Positions 33,101 to 48,100 are shown, counted from the stretch's first letter. The stretch: 62,391 nt of DNA from an uncultured Gammaproteobacteria bacterium (GCA_964609895.1 CAZSTG010000006.1:423-62813), one strand, 5' to 3'. Numbers and translations are program-made. The notes: a model not told the origin generated them from the letters alone.

Positions 33101-36100
33101 TACGGATATATCGTGTATGTCTCAGGCAAAAACACTTGCAAACGCGCCGGCACTTGCAAACATTCTCGGTACTGTTGCTACGGAAAGCATTGCCACTGTG
33201 TATTCAGAATATGCAATAACGTCGGATGCATATAATGCCTCGGACACTGAGTTGATCAGCCGGTGTGAAACTACCGGCATCGGCGCACAGTATACAACCC
33301 TGTATGGTGAAAGAGTAAAAAACTGTACCGCATCAGCCGTACGTCAAGCTCTGCTTACCAACGTGGAACTGCCTGCGGGATTGGAAGAACAGATCGTCTA
33401 CGGATACAAGCAGAACCTGCTGTCCCAGTATACTCAGGCAACCAGCTATGGCGATCTTGAAGCCGCGTCCAATCTGTGTGAACAGTTTTCCACTGAAGAA
33501 GACTGCGCTGATTATGACAAGGCACTGACAATTATTGCCTCTAACTTCAAAACGACCTTTTCCACAGAGGAGCAGGCAGCAATTGGGAATGTGCAACAGG
33601 CGTTGACGGACGCGAAAACATATGCGTATCTTACTGATCCGACAAAGTGTCCGGAAGGATCTACTGATGCGCTGTGTATAAAAATAGTGGAAAACAAAAA
33701 CAAAGTCGTTGATTCATTACCGCAGTCATTGCAGGATCAATGGCTCTATCAGCAAATAACCACGCTGTCCGACACAGATCTGCAGTCTTTCTGTCAGCAA
33801 AGCCATTCCTACTACCAATGTATTTCTCCACTCAGTGCCGTCAAAACACTGAGTACAGATTTGTCGACCACAGAAATGAAAACTGCAGTTGCTGCTGACC
33901 GCGCATCATATCAGGAAATGAATGCAACCTTTACATTGGTAACCACAGGACTGGATTCTTCGCTGCAAACAGATTGTTATGAGCGGTATACATCGGAATC
34001 GGATCGACAAACACATTGTGATCCCGACAAATACCGTGAGGAATTAAAGGCGTCGCTTCCGGATGCAATACAGGAACAGGCGGAAGCCGCATTTGAGGCA
34101 AACAGCGACATGTTGACCGAGATTGAGGCACAGATAGCCGTTGTTCCAAAAGTACGGTGTGATACGCAAAAAAAATGTGAAACCGGTTATAAATGTACGC
34201 AAGGGTTTTGTGAACCAAAAAAAGGAACGATAGTTCCGACACCTACGCCTTTGTCCTCTGCAGAGCAACAACTCGTCATAGAAGATATTGCGAAAAAACA
34301 GACATATTGTTCAAATATCGGAGGGGAATCATCTACCGCACAATACGACCGGAGTACAGGATTTTGTGTTATTTTGCGGGAAGGAAATCCTGTGCCGGAG
34401 GTATATGATTTGGATGGACGTACTCCAGCGGCATCCACGTTTACAGGAGCAGGTTTTACTCCTTCATGCAATACTGCGGAAACCTACGATGTTGCAACAA
34501 ACAGATGTTATCTCAAAAAACCCCTAAATGTTGTTATTCCGGATGCGCAAGAAAGAAATGAGTTAAAAAGATATGTCAACAGAATTGCAACTTGTCGTGA
34601 TTATGCCCTTGCTATGCAATATGATGATCCGGCAACGTCTGCTTCTTATGACCACGATAAAAAGGAGTTGGCGGAATGTCAGGAAGAAATGACCACCTAT
34701 TCTTTGGTTATAAACGGCGTTGCTACTCCACAACAGGTTTCTATTAAACCGGCGCTGGATGATTTGTATGGCGATAATACAGATTTGCTACAGCAAAACT
34801 CAATGATTCAGTTAATTCGTGATAATTATGCGGAGAAAGCCGATGAATATATTACTGATGATTACGAAGTCAATATAGAGGCACTAAAAAAAGACGGCGT
34901 GTATGACACCATCACAAAAGACGCGGGTCTTCTTTTGTACCATCAGGTGAAGAATGCAAATGACCGGTGGTTGTATGAGAAGCTGAGTCCGGATGAAGCG
35001 GCGCATAATTTGTCATATGTACATGAGATGTATGGTGATGATATCGACGATACAGTTAATCCTGTGCTCAGTTTGACAATAAAAGACGGAGCGGTTGTGT
35101 CTACGGAACCAGTTACTGCAGCCAGCGGTCCTGTGTTAACGATGGGTGACGGAGGAGGTGCAGGTGAGAACTTATGGCCGTATATTTCTAAAATGATAGA
35201 TGAAGTTTCAGATCCTGATAATGAGGTATATAAATATAATTTAGTATATGGTTCTGGCTCAAACAGTATCAATTCCGCGTTTGCATTGTCAGGCAATGCA
35301 ATTGATTTTTCCATTCCGTATTCCGAGTGGAAAGAACTACAACCTTCCAATGAAGACCTTTTTGATATCGCAAAAGAGAGTGCAAACGAATATACAGAAA
35401 AAGTAGAGACAGACTGGTGGTATCGGAATGCGGTTGTCGTGCAAAATGCGGTATCCATGGGTGCAGGTTTTGTCACAGGTGTTGTGTTTGCTCCCACAGG
35501 TCCCGGCGCGTATGCAGCCTCTGTCGCAGTACAGGTCGGTGTGGATGTTGTATCACAGGCGGTGGTTGATGCGACAACGGAATCTGTGTCTGAACGCTTT
35601 GCCGAAAAAGTGAAGGAAGCAAGTACTGAGCCAAATACGACAGTGACGCAAGAGATTGCCACTGAAGTTGCGGAAAATGAAAAAGTCGCAAACGTGAAGG
35701 AATGGAGAGACTACCTTGTTCAGGATCTTGTCTTTAACGTGGTTGGAGAAGGTGTCGGACGGTTGGTGACGAATAAAGCGACCATGAAATTATTGACGGA
35801 TTCCGTATTGGTTTCTGTTTCTAAAGATACCGTCAATACAGCCCAAGAGGCAGCTGAGTTCTTCGCAAAAGATCTTTCTCAAGGTGGTGCGCAGAAGATA
35901 TTAGGTGTTGCAGCAGACGGTTCCATTCGTGAATTTACCAGTCTGTCCAGCATGGAGCTTGCCGATGACATCGTCAAGTGGGTTCCGGTAACAAAACAAC
36001 TGGAAACTGATGCAGGCGTTATTCTCAAAGATGCACTGAAACAATCCGATTTTCTGGCGGGCGCCTCGCAGAAGAAAATGATTGAGAATCTGGCAAAAAA

Positions 36101-39100
36101 TCCGGAAGTGGATGCGTCGGTGTTTAATCAGTTGAAGGAAGTTCGATCCATTGCGCAAAACGGGGATAAATCCGCCGTAAAAATGTGGGCAGATGCAGCA
36201 GCTGCCAAAAAAGCCTTAAATCAGCCATTTACCGGTGTCACCACAACAGCAATAGCTGATTTGGATGCGGCAGCCCGTGCCATAAAGCCGGATGACACGC
36301 TGATATTGAAGAGTGGCGAACAGCTGAATCTGGCTAAGGCAACGAATCAGACGGATTACGTACAGATTGTCCGGAAAAACGGTGATGCCGCAGATGTCGT
36401 GTTTGCAGGGTCGGCGGAAGAATTCGGTCAAAAGCTTGCAGCCGGTGAAATAACGATTAATCCGGGGGATATGGTGCGAAAATCACAGGCGCCGTTTTTG
36501 GTAACCTCCGGCACATTGCCCGTCGATGATTTTACCAACCTTGTGAATGCGAAGGCATTTTCCGAGATTGATGCCCTGCAGACAAAAACAACCATTTCTA
36601 AGTTTGTAAAACTTCCTGACGGTAATCGCATTCCCGTTGCCGCCAATGGTGTTCTGGAATCACTGACACAAGAGCAGCGCCAAATGACAAAAGGCGCGTT
36701 TGTCGACCTCGTGACAGACGGCAAAGTGGAGCGCGTCATGCTTGGGGCGAACGGCGAAATCAAAAAATTGCCCGCACTTTCCAAAGCATTTTCGCGAAGT
36801 ACCAAAGGACTTGCATTGATAAAAGGTATCGACATAGACACCGGGAAATTTCAAGTTGGCAGATGGATAAATGAACAAATATTGAGTGAGACACCATTGT
36901 ATAATACGTTGTTTGAACAAGCTTCTCGTCACGCGGATGTGAAGAATTTGCTTGATACGATCATTGCAGACAAAGGACCACGTCAGGTAAAAATACTTGA
37001 TGCATCAGGGAAAGAATTAAAAACACTTCTTATCAATGATTTTGATAAAACAAGTGCGGATTATCTTGATGCAGAAGTCCTGTCGCTGTTTGAAAAAAAC
37101 AACAATGTACGGATAGAAATAGCGACCATTGGCACTCCAAAAGTTCCGTCTACAACACTCGGTGTGTATGTGAGAAAAGCAGCGGACGCCCCGCTTGTGC
37201 AATCCATTTCTCTGGGTGAACGTTTTGCCCATATGACAGAACAAATCAATATCGCACGGGCAATCCGTTCACATGGGGAGCAAGTTACTGCAGGACTGCC
37301 TCTGACTGTGCCAAAAACAGGAACAACCACACTGTGGTATAACAATGCATCGGTATCACTTCCAAAAGACGGATCTGTCCGCATATTTGATGCACAAGGT
37401 ACTATTTTGTACGCAAAAGATATACAACCCGGACAGGCAATCCCCGGGGCATATTTGCAGGAGGGGAATTTTGTCCAGATTTCCGGTTCCAAGTTATCAG
37501 CCACCACAAAAACAACAGGAGTAGAAACGGCATTTCGCGATATGGCAGAGGAAATCGGTACCGGCGGCGTGCGGGTGAAATATGCTGATGCATCATGGGC
37601 AGATGTGGTAAACAAAACCGTAAATACAGTGCTTGTTCCCGGTGCGTCAACGCCGCGGAATTTTGACCAACTTGCAGAACACGTCCGGTCACTCAAGGGG
37701 GAAAGTGCCGAGAATGTGCAGGAAGTGCTGAACAAAGTGCAAACAACATCAGGGAAAATTGAATACAACGGACGGTTTGATACACTGCAAAAGAAATTTA
37801 TCTACGATTCGATTGATCCATCCCAGCCGGTCACTCCGGAAGTCTTGGCGAAACTGCAGCAGGCAGGGCAAGTGAGGATAACCGATGCGTCAGGCAACAC
37901 ACGGCTTTTCATTGCTGACGGCGGAGGATCTCTGGCGTTCCATGAACGTATTTTGCCAAAGACAGAAACAATCAAAGAATTGGTCACCGATGCCAAAGGA
38001 AATCCGGTACTGGATGCTGCAGGTCAACAAGTGACCCGAGAAAAATACCGGCTGGCGGTTCCGGACGGGAAACCGGAGCTTAAAGAACAGATTGATGCGT
38101 TCAACGGACTGCTTGACCGTTTTGAAGCGGCATATCACGGCGTGGACGGCGGGTTTTATCATGTCCGGAAAGAACAACTGGAGCTTCTGATGAGCCCGGA
38201 AAGCATTCTGCAATTGGGTGCAGGAAGCGGGAAAACGACCATCATCGGACCGATGATCGGGGCAATTGACAGAAAGACTGTGTTTGCACTTCCCAGTTCC
38301 TCTGATGCGACGGATTTCGTGAATTCCATTGCCAAAAAAACCATGCGGGAGTTTTATGACAAAGAAGGAATTGTTCCGGTATTTTATGACAACCAGCGGG
38401 GATTCTTGGAAATTTCGGAAAATTTTGACAGAACCACTGCCAAAAAAATCGATAACGCAACATTGCAGCGGCTTGTGACATTGGCAGATGATGATTCTGC
38501 AACCCATGGGTTGATGGTGATCACGGAATCATCAGATAATGCATGGGGATACATACGGGGACGAGACGGTACCGGCGATCTTGCCTCTACATTGTTGTAT
38601 AAGATGAATTTGGGCACTTCCTACACCGGCGGCAAAGGGTACACCTTGGTGAGTGATGAAATCGGCGCGGTGATCAACGGACAATTCTCTGTGACATCCG
38701 GCGATCCTGTTGCCATCAAAGATCTTATTGACCAGACAGCACTCATGGGGTTGCAAGACGGGAAACAAATACTGAAAATCAGCAACGAAGTACAAGGAGG
38801 GGCGAGTCTTGCAACATTCAGAAAACAGGTACTTGACCGCATTGAACAGGTACGTGCACAAGGGTGTCTTGCTGCGGGATGTGACATGTCAACAATTGTT
38901 GAAGACTTATTTTACTCATATACCAAAACGTCGAAAAATGGCGTTGTATACCGCTTGCCGATACCAAAAGACGAGAAAATGCTTTTGAGTTCGTATGAAG
39001 AAATTATCGGACAAGCATTGAATAATCCGGATATTCCTGCAGATGCGCCGATCCGGTTGAAATTCAAAGATCTGCAAACGCGATTTGGTGCGGGAACGGA

Positions 39101-42100
39101 AGGATATGATGTTCTGCAACAAGAACTAGATGCATTACTTCGGACGGGTGCAAATCAAATTGACGGATCATTTGACGTCAACAAAGCATTGTTGGCAGAC
39201 CTTGCATACCGGAAAAATGATTTGGAGGCACGGTGGTTTATCTTAAGTCAGGTTCCCGGAAACAGCTATGGACAGGAGGGGGCAGAAATCGTACTTCGCA
39301 GGATGGGAGGCACAACAGGAGAACAATACAGTGCAATTTCCCAGCAGATTGCACTACAGACGGAAGGGCCGGCACTTTTGACTGCGGCAGGACTTCCTAT
39401 AAATAGAACAGCGCTGAAAAGTGTTGAAAATATTACGATTACACCAAAATCCAGTCAGGTCAGCACTGTTGACATCATCAGAAAAGCTCAAAAGTCCATC
39501 GGATATGATGCCACACCGGATACTGCCGCACGAAAACTTGGCATGCTTGCAACCGGCGCATCAGAGCGCCCGCCTGATCCGACGAAATTCTACCGGAGCG
39601 CCACGCAGGATGATTTGATTTATCAGGCAGCGCAGGCGGAAAAAACTGCAGGAACATTTAATACAAAAGCACATGCCTTGGTGAATATTGATGACGGCGT
39701 CACGTTCAATACAGCAACCAACGGCTATATCAAGGCATATGAAAATGTGAACGTGGTTGCGCGGACGAAGTTTGTCACTGATCCGAACGGCGGTGTCCGT
39801 TCAGAATATTTCATTGAACAGATTGTCCGGTCTGAAGGCGGGAAATTTGAACGGATCCAGACACCACTTGCGTCACTTGAAGATTGGAACAGAGAAGTGA
39901 AACAAGCATTGGAGGGCGGCAATCCGCAGAATCTGCTCATTGTGTACGAAGGTCGTGCACGCGCGGTTGATTTGAAAGTGCTGCCTGAAAGCAAAAACAT
40001 CAAATGGTCCGTCATGGCAAATGATACGAACACCATGGAGGACATCACACAGGCATTTAAACGGAATCGTGTTCCGGCACAAAAAGCAGATCTGATTAAT
40101 AATAAAGGTTGGAATCCTGTTGATGTAGATGCCGCATCTGAATATACACTGCTTGTCCGGTCAAACAACACGAATCTTTCCCAGACAAATATCATTGATC
40201 ATTATAAAACCGTGCTTGATGACATGATCGGTAAAACGAGTGTGGAATCACGGTTGACTAAGATCGCGGAGTTTCAGACCAATGCGCTTGAAATTGCCAA
40301 AAAAGAGCTACTCAGGAATGCAAATGATACGGAGAAAAAGACCATTACTGCAAATCTGGATGCCCTTATTCAGGATGCGGAACGGGTCAAGCAATTCCAA
40401 ATTCAATCCATCTCCAGAATTCCACTTGAAGGACCTACCATCGGACTGGAAGTGTGGAAACGGGGTCAGGAATCATACGCATCGCTTGAAAAAACACTGC
40501 AACAGCTCACGGATACGTATAAGCTGGAGCCGGCACAAGTTGCCACATTAAAGAATGCATTTGGTTTGAGTGATGCAGGCTATATATCATTGGATGAATT
40601 TGCTGCAATGTGGGCAAACCCAATCAAGACAGTTGGTGAAGCACCGGTTGGACCGTTGGCTGAAGTTAAATATTTTGCGACAACCACAACGCCTGATACG
40701 ATGCCCACGGCGTTTTTCAACGGAAGCAGTGATCCGAGTGTGGTAAAGACAGCAAATGCTGCGCCGCCTGCGTCTGCAAACACGCCAGCGTCAGCGACAC
40801 GGTATCCCGTTACTCCAGCCGAAAAAATAACAACAGCACTTGCCATTGCTAAAAAACCAGCGGTAACTGCACTCACCAAAACAGAACAATTTGAACTGCT
40901 CTCCGGCTATATGCTGGTGAAAAACGCGACCAAAGCGTTGGGCGAAGCGACACGAGTGTTGGCACAAGTACAGCAACAGCAAAACCTTCTGATACAGCAT
41001 ATTCAAACGCCGAAACGCCTGACTGCGGGAGTCGACATGGTTGCTGGATTAGATCAAGCCGGTGTGATGCAGCGGATTCCAATTGCGCAGGGAACCGTGG
41101 TTCGGTGGACAGACAGTTCAGGTGTTGCAACCAGTAAAACCGTGAATCAGTTTATTCAGACAGATGCGGCAGTGGGCGCGGTGACTGTGGAAACCAACGG
41201 AGTTGCCGTGACGATATCTCCTGAGGAATTTGCACAACTTCAAACAGGTGCAGGGGATATATCACCGCTTGCGATACAGAAAGAAATCACTGCCGCAGAA
41301 CAAGCAGTAACGAATGCACAACAACAAATTGACCTTGTCGCAGGAGATACAACTGTCATTGAAACTGCCGCAACGCAAGTAGTAAAGACGGTGTTGAAAG
41401 AAGCATTGGGTGGGGTAGAGCCGACAGAGGCAGTGGTTACAGAAGCGCTTGCATATGCAGGTGCCGTTTCTCTTGGTGATGAGCGGGGAAAATCCGCATT
41501 TACCCAAACAGTGCAGACATTTATCAACAGACACAACGGACAAAGTGCGCAGAAAATAACTGTTGCCGCTGACAATGTTGTGACTGCGATGACCGACTCC
41601 TATCACGCGGAATTTGTTGCAGCCGCAACGCAGGGGCCTGCCAAAAAAGCAAAAACAGCGAAAGAACAGTGGGATGCATTTATCAAACTACTTGAACCTA
41701 AGCGTTTAGATACGGCAACACGGGCAAAATTAACAACTCGCCTTACAGGATACGCGAAAAAAGCATTGGGTGCAGCCATACCTCCTCTCGGCGTTATCGA
41801 GCAGTTAAGGACATCTAAAGCATATACTGATGCGCTGCAGGCGCTCTGGAAAGCGTCCGGAAAAGACTGGCAGGCATATGCAAAGAAATTGCAGTCGGTA
41901 TTACCGGAACTTGCTGCTGCAGAAAACGACGAAGCTGCAGTTATTGCGTTACTGCAAGCTGCAGGTTCAGCTGCAACACCTCTAAATACAGGTTCGGGTA
42001 CACCGGCGCAGAACGCCGCACCTGTTGGTCAACAAGCGCAACCTGCAGGTACAACGTCTACAGATACAGTTGCTCCTCAACTTACAGAGGTTGCCGACCG

Positions 42101-45100
42101 GTTCAGCAGGGTTACGGCGGGCAAAACTCTGGATGTGACGACAGACGCAGGGAAAAACGCAGCGCAGGCAATTATTGATTATGAGACTGCAGCCAAGAAT
42201 GCATATACAAATGCTACACCTGCGGAAAAGGAAGCGATAAAAGATATTGCGACACTCGAAGCAATACCTGCTGTTGCAGCAGCACGGAATGCGGCATATA
42301 CCGCATTGTTGACATATAAAACATCTTCCGGCGTGCTGTTTGATACACTGACCGTCTTTGATGCGCTTATCCGGCCAACCATCCAGACTCTTCTCCGTAC
42401 GGCTGCGCCGGCACCGAATACAACCAATGCTAATAACACAGGCACGGTTGTTCCGGCAACACAACCGACGCAATCCACACAACCGACAAATCGATGGAAA
42501 AATTTTGTGTCTGCGGAAAAGAGAGTAGCGGATGCCATATATACGTTCGTCAACAAGATACCTGTCATTCGTTCCATGGCCAATGTTTTACCAGTGGTCT
42601 CGCAGGAAAAACTAGCGGGTAAAAAATTACTTGGCTCTCTTCTTTCCCAAAGCTGGCAGACAGCCAAGTATATGATAAGCCGTGCGCTGTTCCCTCCATT
42701 TTTGGTGTATGATGCCATACGGATTCAACACTTTATTACTGCACATCCCGATCAGCTTGGAAAAGTTGCCTTGGCAAGTATCCCGGTTGTCATTGGTGTA
42801 ATTGCCAGTTTGCTTATTGCAGGCCTTACTCTCGGTGTGCCGATTCTGGCAGCATTTACACCGTTTATTGGCATGTTCTACCAACCATTCTTTTTTGCAC
42901 TCGGCATTTCCATTGGATTTAACCTTGTAACATTTCCATTGTTTTTCAATGTGTTTTTTGGTCTGACCAACTTTATTCCAAAGATTTTCAAGCAACCGAC
43001 GATGCAAACTATCATTGCACAACAAGATGCGTTGTCAAACGCAGCAGAACGAAAGAACGCGTCAACTGTTTTGTCTGTTCTCCGCGCAGCGAGAGACGAA
43101 GCAAAGAGTGCATATATAGCGGCGCTCAACAATACACATACAACCTCCGTTGAACGGAATGACTTGAAAGCCACGTATGAACAAGCAGAACATGCTTTCC
43201 GGACGGGCATGGCGAAAGAATCGATACCTGTTGTGATATCCACGATTGATGCTGTGACCGCTTCTGTCGACGTGACACGGAGTCAGGATTATCTGGATCT
43301 TCAAAGCGTTCTGATTTCCATGAAATCAATTGCTCAATCATCACAAAGTCAAGAAGATACATTGGCTGATGCCGGTTGGCTGCAGGAAATGATTACCGCA
43401 ATACAGCGAGTCAGGAATGAATATGGGGTATTAGGAAAGAATATGCTGACAGGCAATCTATATAACTATTTCATTTCCCTTGAAACACTCGTTGATGAGT
43501 TAATGAAGGATATGTATGGTATCAAGGTGGATCGCGGTCTTACTGTTCGTCTTGAAAAAGGTGAAACAGTAACATTTGATTCCGGAACAATGCAGGTTGT
43601 CTCCAATCTGAACGCTGCAACGACAAGCAATTCTGTTGTTGTGCAGGTGGTTCATCCGCTCACATTCACTGCGACAATTGATCGTTCTTCTGACTCAGAG
43701 AGTTGGAAAGAAACATTTACCTTGAATCCCGCGGGTGTTATTGTAAAAAACAGTACCGGAACAATCGTTGAGGAAAATCTGCACATTGATACGCAGCTTC
43801 CTGATACGGATATTGATGACACTCAACCGATTTTGGAAGTGATCAACACCATGCCGGATGTCATCTCCCGCGATATCTTGAACAATCCGCAATATGAACA
43901 GGTGATGAAAGACGTTATCCAATACGCAAAAGCACATCCAGAACAGGAATTATGGTCGCTTATCTATAAAGCGTTTTATTCCAAGGGGGAGGTATCAACG
44001 GAAACAGGGTATTTTTACGCAGGGCTGTCCGTTGAAGAGCTGCAGAAGTTGCATACCTACAACCGGAACATTGTCGGGAATGTGCCGCTCGTGAGAGGGT
44101 GGAGGATAGAAGATTTCTTCGGCGGCATCCGTACGGTGGAGAGCGATCCAAATCAGGGGCCGTCGCACGTTGGCCGTCTGTATTTGAATACGAATTATGA
44201 ATACACCGCACGGGTGTATCGGGCATTTCAAGACAAACTTGTGCTTGCAGGAATACCCGTGACCATCAAGATGATTGATGTATTAAGTGATAGTGCTGTA
44301 CAGATTGATCTGAAAAAAGCAGAACGTCCGGATAAAATGGTGCTGTATTTTGCGGCAAAGGATCAGGAAACAGTCCTGCGTATTTTAGATGAAGTCTATC
44401 AAGAGTCTGCAGCATACAACAAAGATATTCAATTAGTGCTTCCGACGATGCGTCACAATCGTGCATTCCATGTGGGCGTACCAAAACTGGCCGCAAACCT
44501 GTATACGCCAACGGCGGAACTGATGGACGGCATTTCCTTTGTCCAGAACCGTGCGTCCGTTTCCAGTTACGGCATGATGATCAGCGATGTGCTTGAGGTT
44601 ATGTCTAATGAGGGGATTGATATAACAAACCCCGCTGTTGTCCAGCAAAACATCCCTGCATATCTGTCTCGGTATCACAGGGATTCCAAATACCCGTTCG
44701 TCACAACAGAAGGAGCAACCCGTTTTGCTCCGCTCATGCAGAGAACGACGGAAAAAAGCGTACGGGTTGTCCGCCGTCCGAAGGCAAAAGACGATGCGGC
44801 AAAGGCATTTGCACAGCAGGCAGCTGCCGCGGAGCAGGCGTTTGCCGAGGTGTTGCAGTCGGTACGAGGCGGAAATGCATTTTTGCTTCCTGAGGCACTG
44901 CAGAATGCCTCAGAAGAAGTATGGAAGACGCTGCTTCTGGGGCGTGCTGTTAATGCGCTGATCGGAGATACGATTACGGCGCTTCAGGAGACAAATAACT
45001 TGGTCTGGCTCAAGGCAGTCAGTAAAACATTGCATCCTGTATCTGCCATGATGAAGTCGTTTTCCGAAACCAACGCAATTCTGGATGCAATGAAGACGCG

Positions 45101-48100
45101 GATCCGGTATTTGAAAGCGGAAGAAGCTGCAGCAGCAGCAACAGTTGTAACACCGGTTGCCGATGTCATACGGACAAACGCGAAGACAGTTGACCGACCG
45201 GCAGGTGACCCATATCCAAAAATTACCGTTATTCCGGAATCCTACGAACCGGTAGTTTCGGTAAAACTAGGGAATGTTATTTATCATCTTTCCTCTGTCC
45301 ACGCTTTTTCCGATCAATATGATTTCGCAATCGGATACGTCGAACTTGACGGCGTTGTCTATGCGCGGCCGTTTCTGCGTTCCGCTTCTCAAGGGGTATG
45401 GAGATCATACTCGCATGAAGGCGATGATAATAGTTGGTTTGGAAAAGGGTTCAATGAACAGATGCTGATGCTTCCGCTGGAGATCCAAAATACGTTAAAT
45501 GCCTTATTTTTACAGGAGACGACAAAAACGGGCGATGAACAAGCAATGTTTTATGGTCTTCTTGAACGCGGCCCCTCGAGGGCTGCACCTGCAATGACAG
45601 CTGGTGATGCAGCATATCAATACAGTAAAGAGCATGCGGCACCGAAGCAATTCCCCGGACGGTTTACCCGCTGGAAAGCAAATGTATATCTCGATAGAAA
45701 AGTTGCTGCGCCGAATTCCACAGAGGAAGAATTTAGTCACATTGTTGAACTATCGTGGGATCAAGAGACGCCGCCGACCATGCAGGATATTGCAAACGCA
45801 CCGGAACTTGCATGGCTTGGAGGAATAGGCAATTTCAAATACGGGTCAAGTACGAATTTGGATACGGAATCATTGTTATATCCGAATCCGACCAGTTGGA
45901 CATGGAATGATTCTGTTGAAGGGAAGGCTAAGCAGCCTGATGTCACAACATTGACAGATAAAGGAAATATCGATGCAAAATGCGCAGGGACAGGATGTTC
46001 TGCTAACGTGTATACAATGTTGTCACACGACAAAACAATTCAGTATATCGTTTTCGAAAACAGTAAAACAGGCGAGGTGTGGTTTGGCGGATGGGAAGAT
46101 TTGACACAACCGATTACATCGTTCGGATTGCGAAAACAGGGGTATGTCAATACATGGTACGGCATGCCGTTGTCTGAGTATTTCAAACAAATACCATGGG
46201 AATACCACGCAGACAAACAGCCGGACGCACTGCAAGGTACTCAGTATCGTAGTGCGGCGGCATTTGTATCAAAACTTCCCGATGTTGTTGCTGTTACCGA
46301 TGCGATTCATGCAGCAAAAGAGGCGGCAGGAAAGACAGGGACAAGTCTTTCAGTTCAACCTATGAGTGCAATAAAACAGCAAAAGGACGCCGCGTCAAAA
46401 CAAGCACTTGCTGATCTTCAACAAGCGTTGAAGGTAAAAAATGCATCACAAGCTATTAGTGTGATGCAGAAAGTTCCAGTTTCAATTTTGAAATTAGCGA
46501 AAGATGAAGTAGCGCCTGTTTTGCAGAAAGTTTTGAATACCAAGAGTGATACACAATTCAAAAAGTTCTATACAGCGTTGGTTACAGGAACTCATCCGTT
46601 GTTGAACACATTTGATAAAATAACCACCCTGCAGACTGTTGTCAAACAGTTGCGAGACAGAATGGAACAGTTGAATCAGGCAGAAATTGATGCGCAAACA
46701 AAACCAGAAACTCCAGTGGAAGCATACAAAAACACGCCGAAATATGCTGAAGATAAAACGTTGGGTGAGGAGGTCATTACAACGTATTTGGCATATATCC
46801 GTTTGAATAACGCTACTGCACCGAAGGATTTGGATGTGATGTATTCGAAAATTACTGCCCTCAATCTGCATGATGATCCGTATTCTCAAGAAGTGATCGA
46901 TCAAGCAAAGGCAGTAGTAGACAACTATCGTTTTGTGGTTGAAGAAGAGCGTCATTGCGAGGAAATCCGTGGGATAACGGAAAAAGACGGGAAGTTCTCA
47001 GCAGAAGTGAAACAGAGAATTAACAAAAAGGTACAGGAATACGCAGCCTGGTATCAGGTTCAGATGAAGAAGTCTGCTTCAGATAGGATGCTTGGTGATT
47101 TCGGTGAAAAATTAAAACGGTTCGCGCATCAGGGTGTATTCATCTGGACGCGGCAGCAGTTGCAGAATTCCATTGATGCCATCCGTGCAGACGGGATTAC
47201 CATAGACGATCTTCCGGCAGCACAGAAAACAGCAAAGGCAGGTTTTGCGTCACTGCAATCATATCTGACGTACCTCCAAAGTACATTCACTGCCAATCAA
47301 TTGCAGAGTTCTGAAGTCCTTGTTGCACAACTTTCCAAGATTATACAAACAGCGGTTCAGTTCGATCAGGTGTTTGCTGCAGCCAAAATTGTAAGCGCAG
47401 TGCCGGATCTGGTGAAATCCATCCAACAGGTGCAGGACGACGCAAAACAGGCAGATGCAGCGCGGAAAGAAGTACAAGAACGGGGGGCGTCGATTGACGA
47501 TTTCACCGCAAAGTTCAAAGGGGAAAAGAATAACGAAACAACCCGTATTGTTGTGGTGGTACAGGATGCACAAGGAAAAGAGATATATCGTGGTATTGTT
47601 GATCATGTTTCTCCCTCAGGAAAAGAATTGCCGGCATTTATCGCGGCAGTCAAAACTGCGATGCATGAGGTAACTGACGGTGTGGTTACCGTTCATTTGA
47701 CAGGAAAAGATGGAAAAACATATGGCATGGCAGGTACGATGGCGCCGTATGACCGCATTGTCGGACTAACGTGGTTTGCCGATTCTACGGAAATTCAACA
47801 GACTCTCTCTCCTCAAGAGCTCGATGCATTACAGGAAGTTGATGCATGGCTGGAACAAGTCATCGCGCAGGAGGATCAGCAGACAAAAGATGCAGTGGAA
47901 GCCGAGTTGTTTGCTGACGCATTGGCTCGCTGGGAAGCACGGCAGCAGCAGAAAGAACAGGAGCGTCAGGTATTTGCCCGTCAGCAGGCAAATCAACAGA
48001 AATTATTGCCTGCCGGTGATTACGCATCGCTTGAGATTCCAAATATTGATACCAATGCTGATAGTATAGCGCAGCAAACGGAGGTACAGACTGAGATTGA

